DNA of 64,000 nucleotides from Octopus vulgaris (lineage: Eukaryota): NCBI GenBank assembly GCA_951406725.2, contig OX597814.1, forward strand, positions 63,860,001 through 63,924,000. Reading direction: 5' to 3'. Made by a program: the position numbers and the translations under genes. Below, piece by piece: positions 12,705 to 25,402 of the stretch (its first letter is position 1; each line of letters starts with the position of its first letter). Below the pieces are notes generated by a model. The model saw nothing but the letters and a program-made list of their open reading frames with translations, ran no database searches and had not been told where the DNA came from.

Positions 12705-14043
12705 TTTTATTTTATTTAGTTTCAGCTCACAAGCTGTGGCCATGCTTGGGTACCGCCATTTGGTGTTGCTACATGATTTTACTTCACGAATGCTTTTTAG
12801 CAAATGCCATCTGGTGCATGAGAGAGTTCGATGCAGCTGCCCTCATCTGCACCTCCTGCCGTGAAGTTGATTCATCTGGGACACCTGACAAGAAGAGATC
12901 CAGTTTCATTTTAAAGACATCTGCATCCACCCCATGCAGGTCTCTTAGGTTCTTCGGGAGGATATTGAAGAACTGTGGGCACCAGAAGCCCAGGCTATCA
13001 CAGTATCTTGTCCTACATCTTGATGGCAAATTTGGAGTCCTTGGCACTATGCAGTGGCGCCCAGTTCTGGCATTTGTGTAACTCTCGATGCCAAAGTTTG
13101 GGACAAGTCCTTCTAGGATCTTCCAGATGTATATTATGGCATATCTTTCTCGCCTACGCTCTAAGGAATAGAGTCTCAATCTCTTGAGTCTTTCCCAATA
13201 GCTTATATGCTGCACAGAGGCTATCTTCTTCGTGTAGCTTCGCTGGATCACCTCAAGTTCTGTGATTAACTTGACACTGGATGGTGACCATAGCTGAGAG
13301 CAATAGTCAAAGTGGCTTGGGACAAGTGTTCTCCAGAGGACCATCATGGTTTCCTGGTCTCATGTTCTAAAGGTTCTAAGAATCCATCCGGTCAGCCGCC
13401 TACATTTCATTGCTAATTTAGCAACATGCACATGAAAGGTTGCATCATCACACATGTAAATACCCAGGTCTCGCACCGATTGTGCCTCTGGAATTGCAAT
13501 CCCTCCAGGTCCAGTGTATTTATTGGGTATTGCATTTAGTTTTGCATGCTGATAGCATAAAGCTTGAAACTTTTCAGCATTGAAATGCATGCTATTCTTT
13601 TCAGCCCACTTGTATTTTTTTGTCCAGCTCACATTGCAGGTGCTTAGTGTCTTCAGGGTTCTGTATTGCCTGTGAAACTTTTGTATCATCTGCATAACTT
13701 GTGATCGTGGCTCTCTGCGTGGTTGAGGGCATGTCTGAGAGGGCCAATATGAAGAGTAGTGGTCCCAGAACAGTGCCTTGCAGAACACCGCTCACTATTT
13801 GCGTGTTAATGGAAGTGGCCCCATTGGCTACTACCACCTGACTTCTATCCTTCAGAAAGTCATGAAGCTATTCTCCCAATTTTCAAACTATGCCAAGATC
13901 ACGCAGTTTGTGACATATCATTCCATGATCGACTTTATCAAAGGCCTTTGCAAAGTCGAGATATATGACTTCCCCATTTGAGTGGTTAAGCAGTCGTTTC
14001 AGCACGCAGTCATAGTGTTGTAGGAGCTGAGTTAAGCAGCTTC
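12705..14043 (-). mobile_element. 5'-truncated CR1/L2-group LINE, decayed RT
   Basis: RSCLTQLL..YLDFAKAFDKVDH..SGVLQGTVLGPLLF..YADDTK..RDLG..DYCSQLWSP..LERRR. Stops and frameshifts are present; A-rich 3' tail. Confidence 0.95.
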
Positions 14044-14141
14044 GTATATTTATTTTGCAAACAAAAATAATTACCATCCCGAAATACAACAATACATACA
14101 TATACACATACATACATATACATACATGCATGCATACATAC

Positions 14142-14198
<57 letters not shown>

Positions 14199-14510
14199 GA
14201 GCAAATAATTCATTGGAAAATATTTGCGAAGATAACATTGACTCTATTATTATCTAGTGTACCAATTTTAAAATGACAACAGAATCAATAATATAGGCAA
14301 CTGCAGGTCCAAAAAGAAAGAAAAACGCATTAAATAGCTGAAGGATTAAAATTAACCAAAAGACATACTAAGTATATTTACCTGCTGGAAATAACAGTCA
14401 AAGCTCTTATTTAAATCGCCAAAATTTACTGATAATAACTACAGAAATCAACCGTCCGAAGTTAAACGTGCTAAGACAATCTGTCAGAATACATCCAAGT
14501 ACTTGGACTC

Positions 14511-14561
14511 ACGTGGATCGGTTTCTGGACTGGCGTAATAGCCTCAACGCCCTCAGCACGC
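14511..14561 (-). ncRNA. Degenerate hammerhead-like motif
   Basis: Minus strand reads GCGTG-CTGAGGG..GGCGT/ACGCC..GAAA-CCG-ATC-CACGT. Stem I pairs but the core is imperfect. Confidence 0.4.
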
Positions 14562-14721
14562 GTTATCATGATGGGGAGCCCCAACCCGTCACGTTGAAGT
14601 CTGCGCCGAATTATGGCAACTATGAGAGTGAAAATAATTTCAATACGGAACAAAGAATTTACGAGAAAATATTAGCAAAGATATCATTGATTTTGTTATA
14701 CTCAGTATGCCCTTTGATTAA

Positions 14722-14774
<53 letters not shown>

Positions 14775-14794
14775 TATATCAGCCGAGTGAGCGG

Positions 14795-14847
14795 TCTTTA
14801 GTGATGAGGCTACAGAAATAGCCGAAACTGACCGATCAGTATAAGGA
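14795..14847 (+). ncRNA. Type I hammerhead motif (C3G core variant)
   Basis: TCTTTA-GTGATGA-GGCTA(cagaaa)TAGCC-GAAA-CTGA(ccga)TCAG-TA-TAAGGA. All three stems pair. Confidence 0.8.
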
Positions 14848-15354
14848 ATTCTCCACCGGTGTTTTCGGGCGATTACAGTACCTATCAGTATATATGTATA
14901 CGGTTATGTGCTTTTACTTCAGCATTAGAGCATTTAGCAATGTAGCTGTTCCAACACCCTCAGTCATATTTAGTGAAAATTACAGATACGCTTGTATGTA
15001 TATGTGTATATATTTACTGTACCTAGAAACGTTTATTATTCTACTGTATATATAAAGAGTATGTGAGACAGTAGACGTTGGGGTGGGAGGGTGAAATTCA
15101 GTTGCAGTATAGTTCCGTTTTCAATTTCTTATATTTTTAGTATTTTGTTATATTTAATTCCCTTTTAACTTAGTAAATATTTTTTCTTTGAATATCGTAT
15201 TAATTTCATCGTTTTCTTTAAGAAATTTGATAAAACGTTGAATTGTGATAATTACATGCACGACATAAATCTCCAATACTCACACGGTGGCAATAGTATT
15301 TCACGTCATATGACGGGTAACTCAATATAATCCATGCATACACACACACACACA

Positions 15355-15443
<89 letters not shown>

Positions 15444-15516
15444 GTGTGTGTGAGTGTGTGTGTATCTCTAAATATACATAGGAGTATGTATAATACATAT
15501 ACACGAATATATATCT

Positions 15517-15560
<44 letters not shown>

Positions 15561-15597
15561 ACATATATATCTTTCTACCTATCATCAATCAATATGA

Positions 15598-15632
<35 letters not shown>

Positions 15633-15732
15633 TGTATGTATGTATGTATGTATGTATGTATGTATGTATGTATATGATCGACCGCTAGCCACTAAAGCTT
15701 TTTTTAGTCTCTCTCTTTAGTTTCTCTTGTTC

Positions 15733-15768
15733 CTTTCTGATAAAGAGCGTAGGCCCGAAACGTAAAAG
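15733..15768 (+). ncRNA. Minimal type I hammerhead-like motif
   Basis: CTTT-CTGATAA-A-GAGC(gtag)GCCC-GAAA-CG-TA-AAAG. Palindromic ACGT stem III as in PLE minimal HHRs; core G8A. Confidence 0.55.
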
Positions 15769-15876
15769 ACTGTCTCACCTTTCCGAGCATTAAACTAATA
15801 CACCTGTTTGTTGTTAACTCACCTGTTTTCGTCTTTTGCTTCTTTTGTACATTCCAACCATACAGACATACGCGCG

Positions 15877-15913
<37 letters not shown>

Positions 15914-15917
15914 GTAT

Positions 15918-16320
15918 ACTCTTTACTCTTTTACTTGTTTCAGTCATCTGACTGCGGCCATGCTGGAGCACCGCCTTTAATCGAGCAACTCGACCCCGGG
16001 ACTTATTCTTTTGTAAGCCCAGTACTTATTCTATCGGTCTCTTTTGCTGAACCGCTAAGTAACGGAGACATAAACACACCAGCATCGGTTGTCAAGCGAT
16101 GTTGGGAGGACAAACACAGACACACAAACACACACACGCATATATATATATACATATATACGACGGGCTTCTTTCAGTTTCCGTCTACCAAATCCACTCA
16201 CAAGGCTTTGGTCGGCCCGAGGCTATAGTAGAAGACACTTGCCCAAGGTGCCACGCAGTGGGACTGAACCCGGGACCATGTGGTTGGTAAACAAGCTACT
16301 TACCACACAGCCACTCCTGC
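15918..16320 (-). mobile_element. SINE family B, full length
   Basis: Similarity to the other copies. The head is partly duplicated at 16327-16351. Confidence 0.9.
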
Positions 16321-16351
16321 AATTGTAGCTACTTACCACGCAGCCACTCCT

Positions 16352-16406
<55 letters not shown>

Positions 16407-16420
16407 TGTTTGTATGTATG

Positions 16421-17525
16421 TACTAGGTTGGCCAAAATGTCCATTTGGATTTTGTCAACTGTAAACTTCAGGCATTCTAATAAGTAGCTAACTTCTGTGT
16501 GTCCTATACATTTTCCCACTCGGTAGATACTTGACACTTTAACTTTGTTCGACACGAAATTGCGATGTGACAGGATGCATTTGTGCGGTGGGATCACACT
16601 GGAAATAGAGAACTGAATGGACCATTATCGACACTACACACCTTTTAATTTTCAAAGGGGCAAGAATGCGGTGTACACGGAGAGGATACTATTCCGAAAT
16701 ATGTTTGCAAGAGGTACTTGCAAGGATCTTGATCGGAAATTTTTTCAATTGATGATGCACCGGACTCTCGCCGACAAACTTACGGTATAACAGCAACAAG
16801 CTGAAGGCGCTAATTGATACCAGCTCCGTTATTGATCAGGTTGATCGCAAATATTCTTTATATATCTAATTCCTGTATTGTAAATCATTTGCATCAAATT
16901 AGTTCCGTCAGCAACTGAATAAGGCTAATCTCACTCAATGTTTTTTTTTCCATTTACGATTCATTACAGACATTTGAATAAAACGAAACCTTTTTTTTAA
17001 GATTGGTGACAGTGGACAAAGAAGATCGTTTATAACAATATGAAGCGCAAATGGTCATGGGGAAGCACGAAAAACCACTATAAAAACCTCCAAAGAAAGA
17101 AACTTATGCTTTTAATTTGGTGGGATTGGAAGAGTTTTTTCTTTTACGAGCGTCTTTCAATAGACGAAATCTTCCATTTGGATATGTACAGGAACAAACT
17201 GAAAATGTTAAATGCAACGATCCACCAGAAGTCTCCAGGACGTGTTGATCTTAAGAGAATTGTCATACATTGCGACAATGCCAGATCCCAAACTTCCTTT
17301 CTAACGTGGCAGAAGTTACATGGCTTTAGTTGAAAAGTTTTGACTCACTCTCCATAGTCGCCCAACCTTTCGCCATCAGACTTCGACCTCTTTCGCTTCC
17401 TTTTTCCATTCAGTCAATTGACAGGCGCTCAGAACTAAGGAGAATGTAAAAATTTACCTGGAAGTTTTGTATGCCAGTAAAAACAGGAAATACTTTAAGT
17501 AATGAGTAATGGATCTGCCCACAAT
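16421..17525 (+). mobile_element. Decayed mariner (DD34D-type) transposon
   Basis: LVTVD..YNNMKRKWSW..KLMLLIWWDWK..HCDNARSQ..HSP*SPNLSPSDF (YSPDLAPSDF-like). TA-TAGGTTGG-like left end; many lesions. Confidence 0.85.
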
Positions 17526-17834
17526 ATAACCTCTCTAGTGCTGGTACCGCTGGCAGTCAGTACACACTCTTAAGCCGATTGGCATTAGGAACGGCATCCC
17601 ACTGTAGAAACTATTTTAAAGCAGACTCTTGCTGGCATTGGTGATTCTATCGTGACGTGGTATATACAGTAGCATATGGACACAATGTAAATGCAAGGAA
17701 TTTGTTTTCTCATGACACTTGTGCAAGTGATTCATAGATAAGAACCACACAGTGCTGGAGCAAGGATATATGTTTCATAGATTCTCAGGTTATTTTGTGT
17801 ATTGTGTACTTCAAGTATTCACAAGACCAGTGAT

Positions 17835-18416
17835 TTCAAGAAGGGTTAGGTCGATTACACCGAACCCAGTGCTCAACTAGTAGTTATTCTATCGACCACG
17901 AAAGGGTGAAAGGTGAAGTCGGCCTCGGTGGAATTTGAACACATAACGCTAAGATGGGCGAAATGTCGCTAAGCGGTTTGCCCAATGTTCTTTCATTCTG
18001 CTGGTTCATCGTCCCTATTTTAATATTGATTAATATTGATATATATAAATTTATTTGCTCTTTTGCTCTTTTGCTTGTTTCAGCAAATCGACCCCACGAC
18101 TTATTCTTTGTAAACCTAGTACTTATTCTATCGGTCACTTTTGCCGAACCGCTATGTTACGGGGATGTAAACACACCAGCATCGGCTGTTAAGCGAAGTT
18201 GGGTTGGGGTTAGAGACAAACACCGACAAACAAATAGATATATACATATAGATATATATATATACAACGGGCTTCCAGTTCCCATCTAGCAAATCCACTC
18301 ACAAGGCTCTTTGATCGGCCCGTGGCTATAGTAGAAACCACTTGCGCGAGTTGTCTTGCGGTGAGACTGAACCCGGAACCATGTGGTTAGTAAGCAAGCT
18401 ACTTACTACACAGCCA
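17835..18416 (-). mobile_element. SINE A (17835-18010) and SINE B (18060-18416)
   Basis: Similarity to the other copies. Confidence 0.85.
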
Positions 18417-20649
18417 AATATATGTATTGATATCTATAACAGTATATACGTGTATATATGTATGTATAGACATCTACCTACATATCTACTACCTACTTAC
18501 CTATCTACCTACCTACATGCATGCATGCATACATAGATACATACATACATACATACATACATACATACATACATACATACATACATACATACATACGTAC
18601 ATACATAAATACATACATACATACATACATACATACATACATACATAGGATTATCACGAATGAATAACTTTCAAAAGTTTGATGTCATCATTCGCTCAAA
18701 TTAAGGCTATTGCTCAATAGACTGTAAAACTAGAAAAGTCAATGGCCTATGCTATCCTATCAGTGAGACTATATTTCTCCTACTGTTAGTATCTCAATTC
18801 TATGTTCTCCAGATTATACTTGATGCCCTTTCCGTCACAGCCTAAGCCTCAACTACATTTTGTATGATTATCATATAGTCAAATTATTTATCTGATATTC
18901 ATATTTTAAAAGCCAAAGTTACGTATAATTTTATGTGAGTAAAAATGTATTCCACACTATGCATTTCAGCCAAAGATCCCAAACAAATGATGATTTTTGC
19001 AATTTACTTGATACAATTAAATTGTAAAAGACTCTATGCTGTAAAATATATACGTTTTGAGTGAATATAATGTATACACCTTGAAAAAGAAAGCAAAATG
19101 AATAAATTTTACATTTTGCTTCATGTTTATAGTTAACAGATACCCTATTTTGTTTAGCAACAAACCATATATGTATTGTATATTATGTTTTTCTGCTTTA
19201 TCTATATAGTGAATGCCTTAAAATTTTACTTACGAGTCTTTTGAAGATAATCTTTATATATTGATTCTACAGGGAATAATTTTAATTCTTAGCCGTCTGA
19301 AACTTAATAGCTACGGATAAAACGTTACTAAATGTTGATTAGATAGTTGGCAGAAAATTGACAGGACATTTGTGAGGATATGTTATTGTCACCTTGTTTT
19401 ATGTTCAAGAGTTTTTCATTGCTACGATATCTGATAAATATAAAGCCTGTGCTTTGCTTGTGTGCGCACACGTTAATATTTCAGGTATAGTACATACGTG
19501 TAAAGGTAACACTTTAATTTCAAGTACATACCCTTGTATACTAACTTGTGCAGCAGAAAAGTTCATGCTAACCTGCAGCCCGACGATCACATCACCGTAG
19601 ATATCTTTAAACAGCGTTATTAAAGGAACATCCGCCATTTGTAACGGTCATCAGAAGTTTACACTTTATATATTCGGTGTAATTGTTATCGAAATCCTTG
19701 TTTGATACGAGAATATACAAATACCAGGTCTATGCTTCTCATGAATAAATAATTTTGTTAAAACTTCACCTAATCACAGATTATTTTGCAAAATATCTTT
19801 TCAGCTTTTGAGAGGAGAATTATCCAGATTAGCAGTCGGTATGTTTGTAAATAGAAATTATTTTGACATTTCTGGAGACAAATTGTATATCATACTTGGA
19901 CAATGTAAAGTCTATGCATTCCAGCGGTAGATTTGAACTTCAGCATTTCTGATATGTTAATATATATTTTGCCATCTCATATATACTTTTATAACTAGTT
20001 TTGTTTTGTTTGAGAACAGTATCATCTACTGCCAAGCGTTGAAAAGAAAACTGAAATGAAGTGTAATACTATCAATGATTATATCGAGATTCACAAGGAA
20101 TACTCTCGCTGGTTATTAATACAAAACGGTACTGTTGTAAGGTAAAGCAAAAACGAATATATGAATGTATGTGTTTTCCATGGCTTCAACTTTTCCCAGA
20201 TACTACCCTTCACCTCCTGTTTCTCCTAGCATATATACATCTCTAGTCCACTAGCCGCGTCCCCTTCTCTCCAAGTCCGTTTTATCCATCACTTCAATCA
20301 CTAATATTTGTCTATCTCACTCACATCGTAAACAACAAACACCACTACACCTATCCATCATACCTCAGCTACCCATTAAACCACAGTCGTTTTGGATCCA
20401 CCTGTTTGCTGTTGCTGATTCGCTGTTCACATATTTCTCAAGTTTTGTCCCCTACCTGCCTTGTTGTGATGACAAGTTTATTGTCAGCTTGACAACAAAC
20501 TTGTAAACACAACTACTAGATTTCGCTGAGCTTTCTCCGATATAGCAAACAGCGAATAAATCATCAACTGCTTTTGTTACCGGAGGCGACGCGTTCTTGG
20601 CTGTGGCTGGCTGCGAGTGTTCATCACCGAAACGGCCTAAAAATGCCAA

Positions 20650-20760
20650 ACTACAAAGCCTTCGATAAGGTTAACCACGGCATTCTATTAAAGAAATTAT
20701 CGAACACTGGAGTAGGAAGGAAACTATTAAAGTGGATTGAATGTATTCTGGTGAACGGAA
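20650..20760 (+). pseudogene. Small LINE RT fragment
   Basis: KAFDKVNHGILLKKL..GV..KLLKWI. Confidence 0.75.
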
Positions 20761-21235
20761 CTCACCTGGCCGGGTTCTGTTATTCATGTATTGAGCAGTG
20801 ATGTAGTGAAAATACTACTGTTGAAAAACAACCAATGTGTAACCACATCCGTCTTGGTCAATAACTGGTTTCTCAATTTTATATTTTTGCTCACTTGCCT
20901 CGTTTGATCCATCATTCTGCATCAAATTTTACCTTGATTTTCTATGCTGCTTGTTTTTTTCCTAATATTTGTACTTAGTTATCAATAAGAATAATTTTAT
21001 CTTTTTTATTACCGTGAATTGTATATTTTCAAAGAAATTCTCTTTTACTGTCGCCATATAATTACATTCAAGGACATATTAATGCTATACGAGCATCTAT
21101 ACTATAATGGAAAAAGCTGCTTATTAATTAGGTATGTAACAATTACTAAAAAGTACTAAAAGAAAGCAATATTAAAAGCTTCACCGTCTGGAAATATTTT
21201 TATAAATTCATGTTCTAAGAAATTGGCATCACTAG

Positions 21236-21931
21236 GCACTATACGGGTATGACAGCCAATGACTTCAAGTGAAGATACTCCCAACGTTCAGATTGAGAGA
21301 CAAAGAGAACTCTACTTCCCTATCTCGTTTTATCTGCAGATTCCGTGACCTTCGAGACGAAACACCCACCATCAAGTGGACTATTGTCGACAGATCTCCA
21401 CCATATTCACCGAGCGCTTCCAACTGCCAGTTCTGCCTCCACGGAAATCTTCCTATCCTCTAACAAGCTGCAGTATCCATCAATGAGAAACACGATTTAT
21501 CTTTTTGCTGTCACCAATGGTATGTCCTTCTGGCGAATTTCAAACCTCTCACGGCCGACAATCCTGATGTACCAACTTAGTACCAGCTGCTACTCTGCAC
21601 CAAGGTCACCGTCACCACCCAGCTCCATGAGCAGGACCGACACTTACCAATCCTCGACACTTACCAATTTCTTGTCCACCACGTGGTCCATATCCTGTCC
21701 ACCGCATAGACGATTTCTTGCTAACCATGCGGTAATTTCCAACTAACAAACCATGACACTAACATCAAATCATGACACCACGTCACATTCCTCGAACGAT
21801 CACAGCTTAACTTTCGGTAACATCGGCCAACTTCTTTCACTAAAATTCAAAAAGGCTGAAGATTAGCATCACGCTTGAAACTCTCAGAGTACCAACGAAT
21901 TTCAGCTAAACTGTTTTGACCATCCCACCCC

Positions 21932-21932
<1 letters not shown>
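21236..21932 (+). mobile_element. PLE 3' fragment: GIY-YIG endonuclease remnant plus 3' non-coding region ending in (TA)n
   Basis: YTGMTANDFK*RY..FR..NSTSLSRFI..IKWTIV...PY..CQFCL. Confidence 0.8.
21854..21893 (+). ncRNA. Minimal type I hammerhead motif at the PLE 3' end
   Basis: GG-CTGAAGA-tt-AGC(atcac)GCT-t-GAAA-CTCT(c)AGAG-TA-CC. The core is intact; stem I is only 2 bp. Confidence 0.6.
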
Positions 21933-21997
<65 letters not shown>

Positions 21998-22585
21998 TCG
22001 TATATACGTATATGTCGAACGATGAAAATGAGTGCTAATCACCGGATTAGTGGTTAGAATTTATTTGTGAATTAAATCCATCATTGGTTTCATGTTAAGA
22101 AAAATGGGAAAATAACTTAATATCTTTACAATTTTTCAAGCCGCTCACATGGAGGAATTGTGTTCGTCTCCATTTTGGATTTATATATTCATGCATGTAT
22201 GTGTGTATGTGTTTAGGTGTGTGTATGCACACTTCCATTTTCCTAAAAATAAGATTAAAAGAAAGGCAATGATAAAAGCTACGAACAAAATATAATTCAT
22301 GGCTTATAAAACGTTTTTCTCTTTATAATCGGGTGTGGTCACATATACATACATTTTCTTTTAAATTTTACGCTGGATTTAGTTTAACACTTCTCTTGTT
22401 ATATGTTTAACATCAGTCATACTAATTTAGATGTCTTACACAAAATCATTTCATTCAGATCAATGTGTTAAACGATGGGGAAGTTGGATTATATTAAAAA
22501 CTTGTTTGGGAAATCAAGCAAAATGCCGCTTTCAAAATAACACTGCGTTTCTGTGTTCAATTATAGTAGATCAATAGAATGAATG

Positions 22586-22629
<44 letters not shown>

Positions 22630-22733
22630 TATAATAATAATCTTCTTCTTCTTCTTCTTCTTCTTCTTCTTCTTCTTCTTCTTCTTCTTCTCTTCCTCCT
22701 CCTCCTTCCCATCCTCCCCGTCGTTGTTGTTGA

Positions 22734-22786
<53 letters not shown>

Positions 22787-22874
22787 TTAATGCCTGTAAT
22801 GTGAAAACGTGTTTATTTCTCTCTTCCAGACAAGTTTTAATGAATTTTTTTTGCAGTAATTATAGAAAGTAACA

Positions 22875-23017
22875 CTAGCTGCCTAAGAAAGGCCTACATT
22901 TGATATAGTCCTACATTTAAGAGATGAGGAATTAAGTACATTATTTTCATTTGACGGATATTTGTCCTCATCTTGTTTGTTGTTAACACAAAATTCTGGG
23001 GGCTGATGTTGTTGTTG

Positions 23018-23072
<55 letters not shown>

Positions 23073-23150
23073 GATCCAGGTCACTGCGGGGAATCGAACT
23101 CGGAATCTTGGGGTTAGTAGCCCGCGCACTTAACCACAATGCTATATGCC
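22875..23150 (-). mobile_element. tRNA-headed SINE (third family) with internal (AAT)n
   Basis: Minus head GGCATATAGCATTGTGGTTAAG..GAGTTCGATTCC has A and B boxes. Confidence 0.7.
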
Positions 23151-23258
23151 TTTGAAAGGCAAAGTCATCCTAGGCGGAATTTGAACTCAGAACGTAAAAA
23201 CGGATGAAATACCCTTTAGCATTTCGCTCGGCGTGCTAACGATTCTGACAGCTCAAAG

Positions 23259-23314
<56 letters not shown>

Positions 23315-23346
23315 TATAATAATAATAATTATAATTATAATAATGG

Positions 23347-23560
23347 AAAGCGGCGTACTGGGAGAATCGTTAGCGCACTGGACAAAATACTTAGCGGTAT
23401 TTCGCCCGTTGCTACGTTCAGAGTTTAAATTCCGCTGAGGTCGACTTTGCCTTTCATCTTTGCGGGGGGCAATAAGTTAAGTACCAGTTGCAAACTGAGG
23501 TCGATCTGATCGACTGCTCTCCCCCTCACCAAGTTCAGGCGTTGTGCCTATAGTAGAAAT
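23347..23560 (+). mobile_element. SINE family A
   Basis: Similarity to 2262-2476. Confidence 0.85.
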
Positions 23561-23594
23561 GATTATTGTTTTATAACACACACACACACACACA

Positions 23595-23682
<88 letters not shown>

Positions 23683-24024
23683 CACACACACACGCTAGAA
23701 AGAATGAGTATAAATGTTTCTCTGATAATTGCCCTGCTTTGATACAAAAAGTGACTGTCTCAAGAGAGTCACCATTTTATACACGTAATGATTTATTAAC
23801 ATCTAATCATTTAAGTGGGAAAAAAATAATCGGATAAGCCATTTCTATTCATTCTCTCAAATATATATACTACTGTACTAAAGACTCTATTTCTTTATTC
23901 TGATGTAGATATATACGCACACGTACATACATACGGATACTTGTGCCTGTGTATTGGCGTGCATATGTGTGAGTGTGTGTGTGTGCGTGCATTCGTCCGT
24001 GTGTGCGCGTGCGTATTGCATGCA

Positions 24025-24064
<40 letters not shown>

Positions 24065-24550
24065 CATCAGAAGATATTTGATTTGAAAATGAGTGATTAC
24101 CGCGTAAATGACCATCAATAATTTTATATACATTCCTTAGAATGTATATATAATTATCTTTCATACTACCTTTCATATTATTGAGAGAGTGACACCTAGC
24201 GTCCAAAAACGGAACATCGTGTTCCTTCTTTAATTTATTTACACATAAAAATTAAATCATCCATCATAGGAATTCTATAAAATACCTAAACACTTTTATG
24301 TAATCTATTCTATATAATGTAGTTTTCTAAATAATAGTATCCCAAGAAATTTAACTAAAAAATATACATTTTTATTTCCCCTTCCCATCCTTCCTTTCTC
24401 TGTTTTGTCCATAGTAAATTGTGCATTGTTTCTCTCTCCCTCTCTTTCTGTGTGTCTGTCAGTACGTCTAAAGATATATATATATATATATAAACTTACT
24501 TGGAAATGGATGTGTGGCGTTCAGTTAAATAATAATATAAATATTATATG

Positions 24551-24612
<62 letters not shown>

Positions 24613-24878
24613 TGTGTATAAGTACATATGAGTATATAGGGACTTGTGTGTTGTGTGTGCATGTGTGTATGTGGATATATATGTGTGTGTATGTGTGTAT
24701 GTGTATGTGTGTGTATGTATATATTTTTTTTGTGTATATGTGTATGTGTGGTCGTGTGTGTGTGTGTATATATACATGTGTGTGTGTATATGTATGTGCA
24801 TGTATATGTGTATGTATATATAGATATATATATATATGTATATATATATGTGTGTGTAGATATATGTATGTATATGTA

Positions 24879-24913
<35 letters not shown>

Positions 24914-25212
24914 GGGTGTGTGTGTATGTATGTGAGTATGTATATGTGTGTGTGTGTGTGTGTATATATGTATACATATGTGTATAGGTATAAGTGAGAT
25001 TTTCCTTATTTACCTAAAACTCTATTCCTCTATATATTTTTTTATTCTCTCTTTTTTATTCTTTTATTTATTCTTCTATCTAATTTACCACTGACTCCTT
25101 GACCACTCCCCCAAGTATGATTTTTTTGCGCTATGCCTACCCCCAAAAGTCCCCCCCACCACCCCTTTAAACCTGCCTAAATGTATAAATGCCAATACAA
25201 TTCTTGTTAACT

Positions 25213-25263
25213 AGCTTCCTGAAGATTTCTCTTGAATGAAACAGTTCTAGTCCTGTAGAAGCT
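25213..25263 (+). ncRNA. Type I hammerhead ribozyme, intact core
   Basis: AGCTTC-CTGAAGA-t-TTC(tctt)GAA-t-GAAA-CAG(ttctagtc)CTG-TA-GAAGCT. Perfect 6-bp stem I; GUA site at 25255-25257. Confidence 0.85.
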
Positions 25264-25346
25264 CCTTCTATATAATAAATTAATTTTACTCTGCTATGTA
25301 TTGAGTACCTTATTTACTGTGGTTAACCCCGAATCAACCCGGGACC

Positions 25347-25402
<56 letters not shown>

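Noticed and set aside
20466-20520. GTGATGA, strong hairpin and TAAA as a hammerhead
   Set aside because: Two core changes and no convincing stem I or stem III. At most a relic.
21240-21300. In-frame TGA in the GIY-YIG remnant as possible selenocysteine
   Set aside because: It falls at the variable FKxRY position rather than a Cys site, and the copy has other lesions.
23075-23150. tRNA gene
   Set aside because: It has A and B boxes but an imperfect cloverleaf, and continues into a SINE body.
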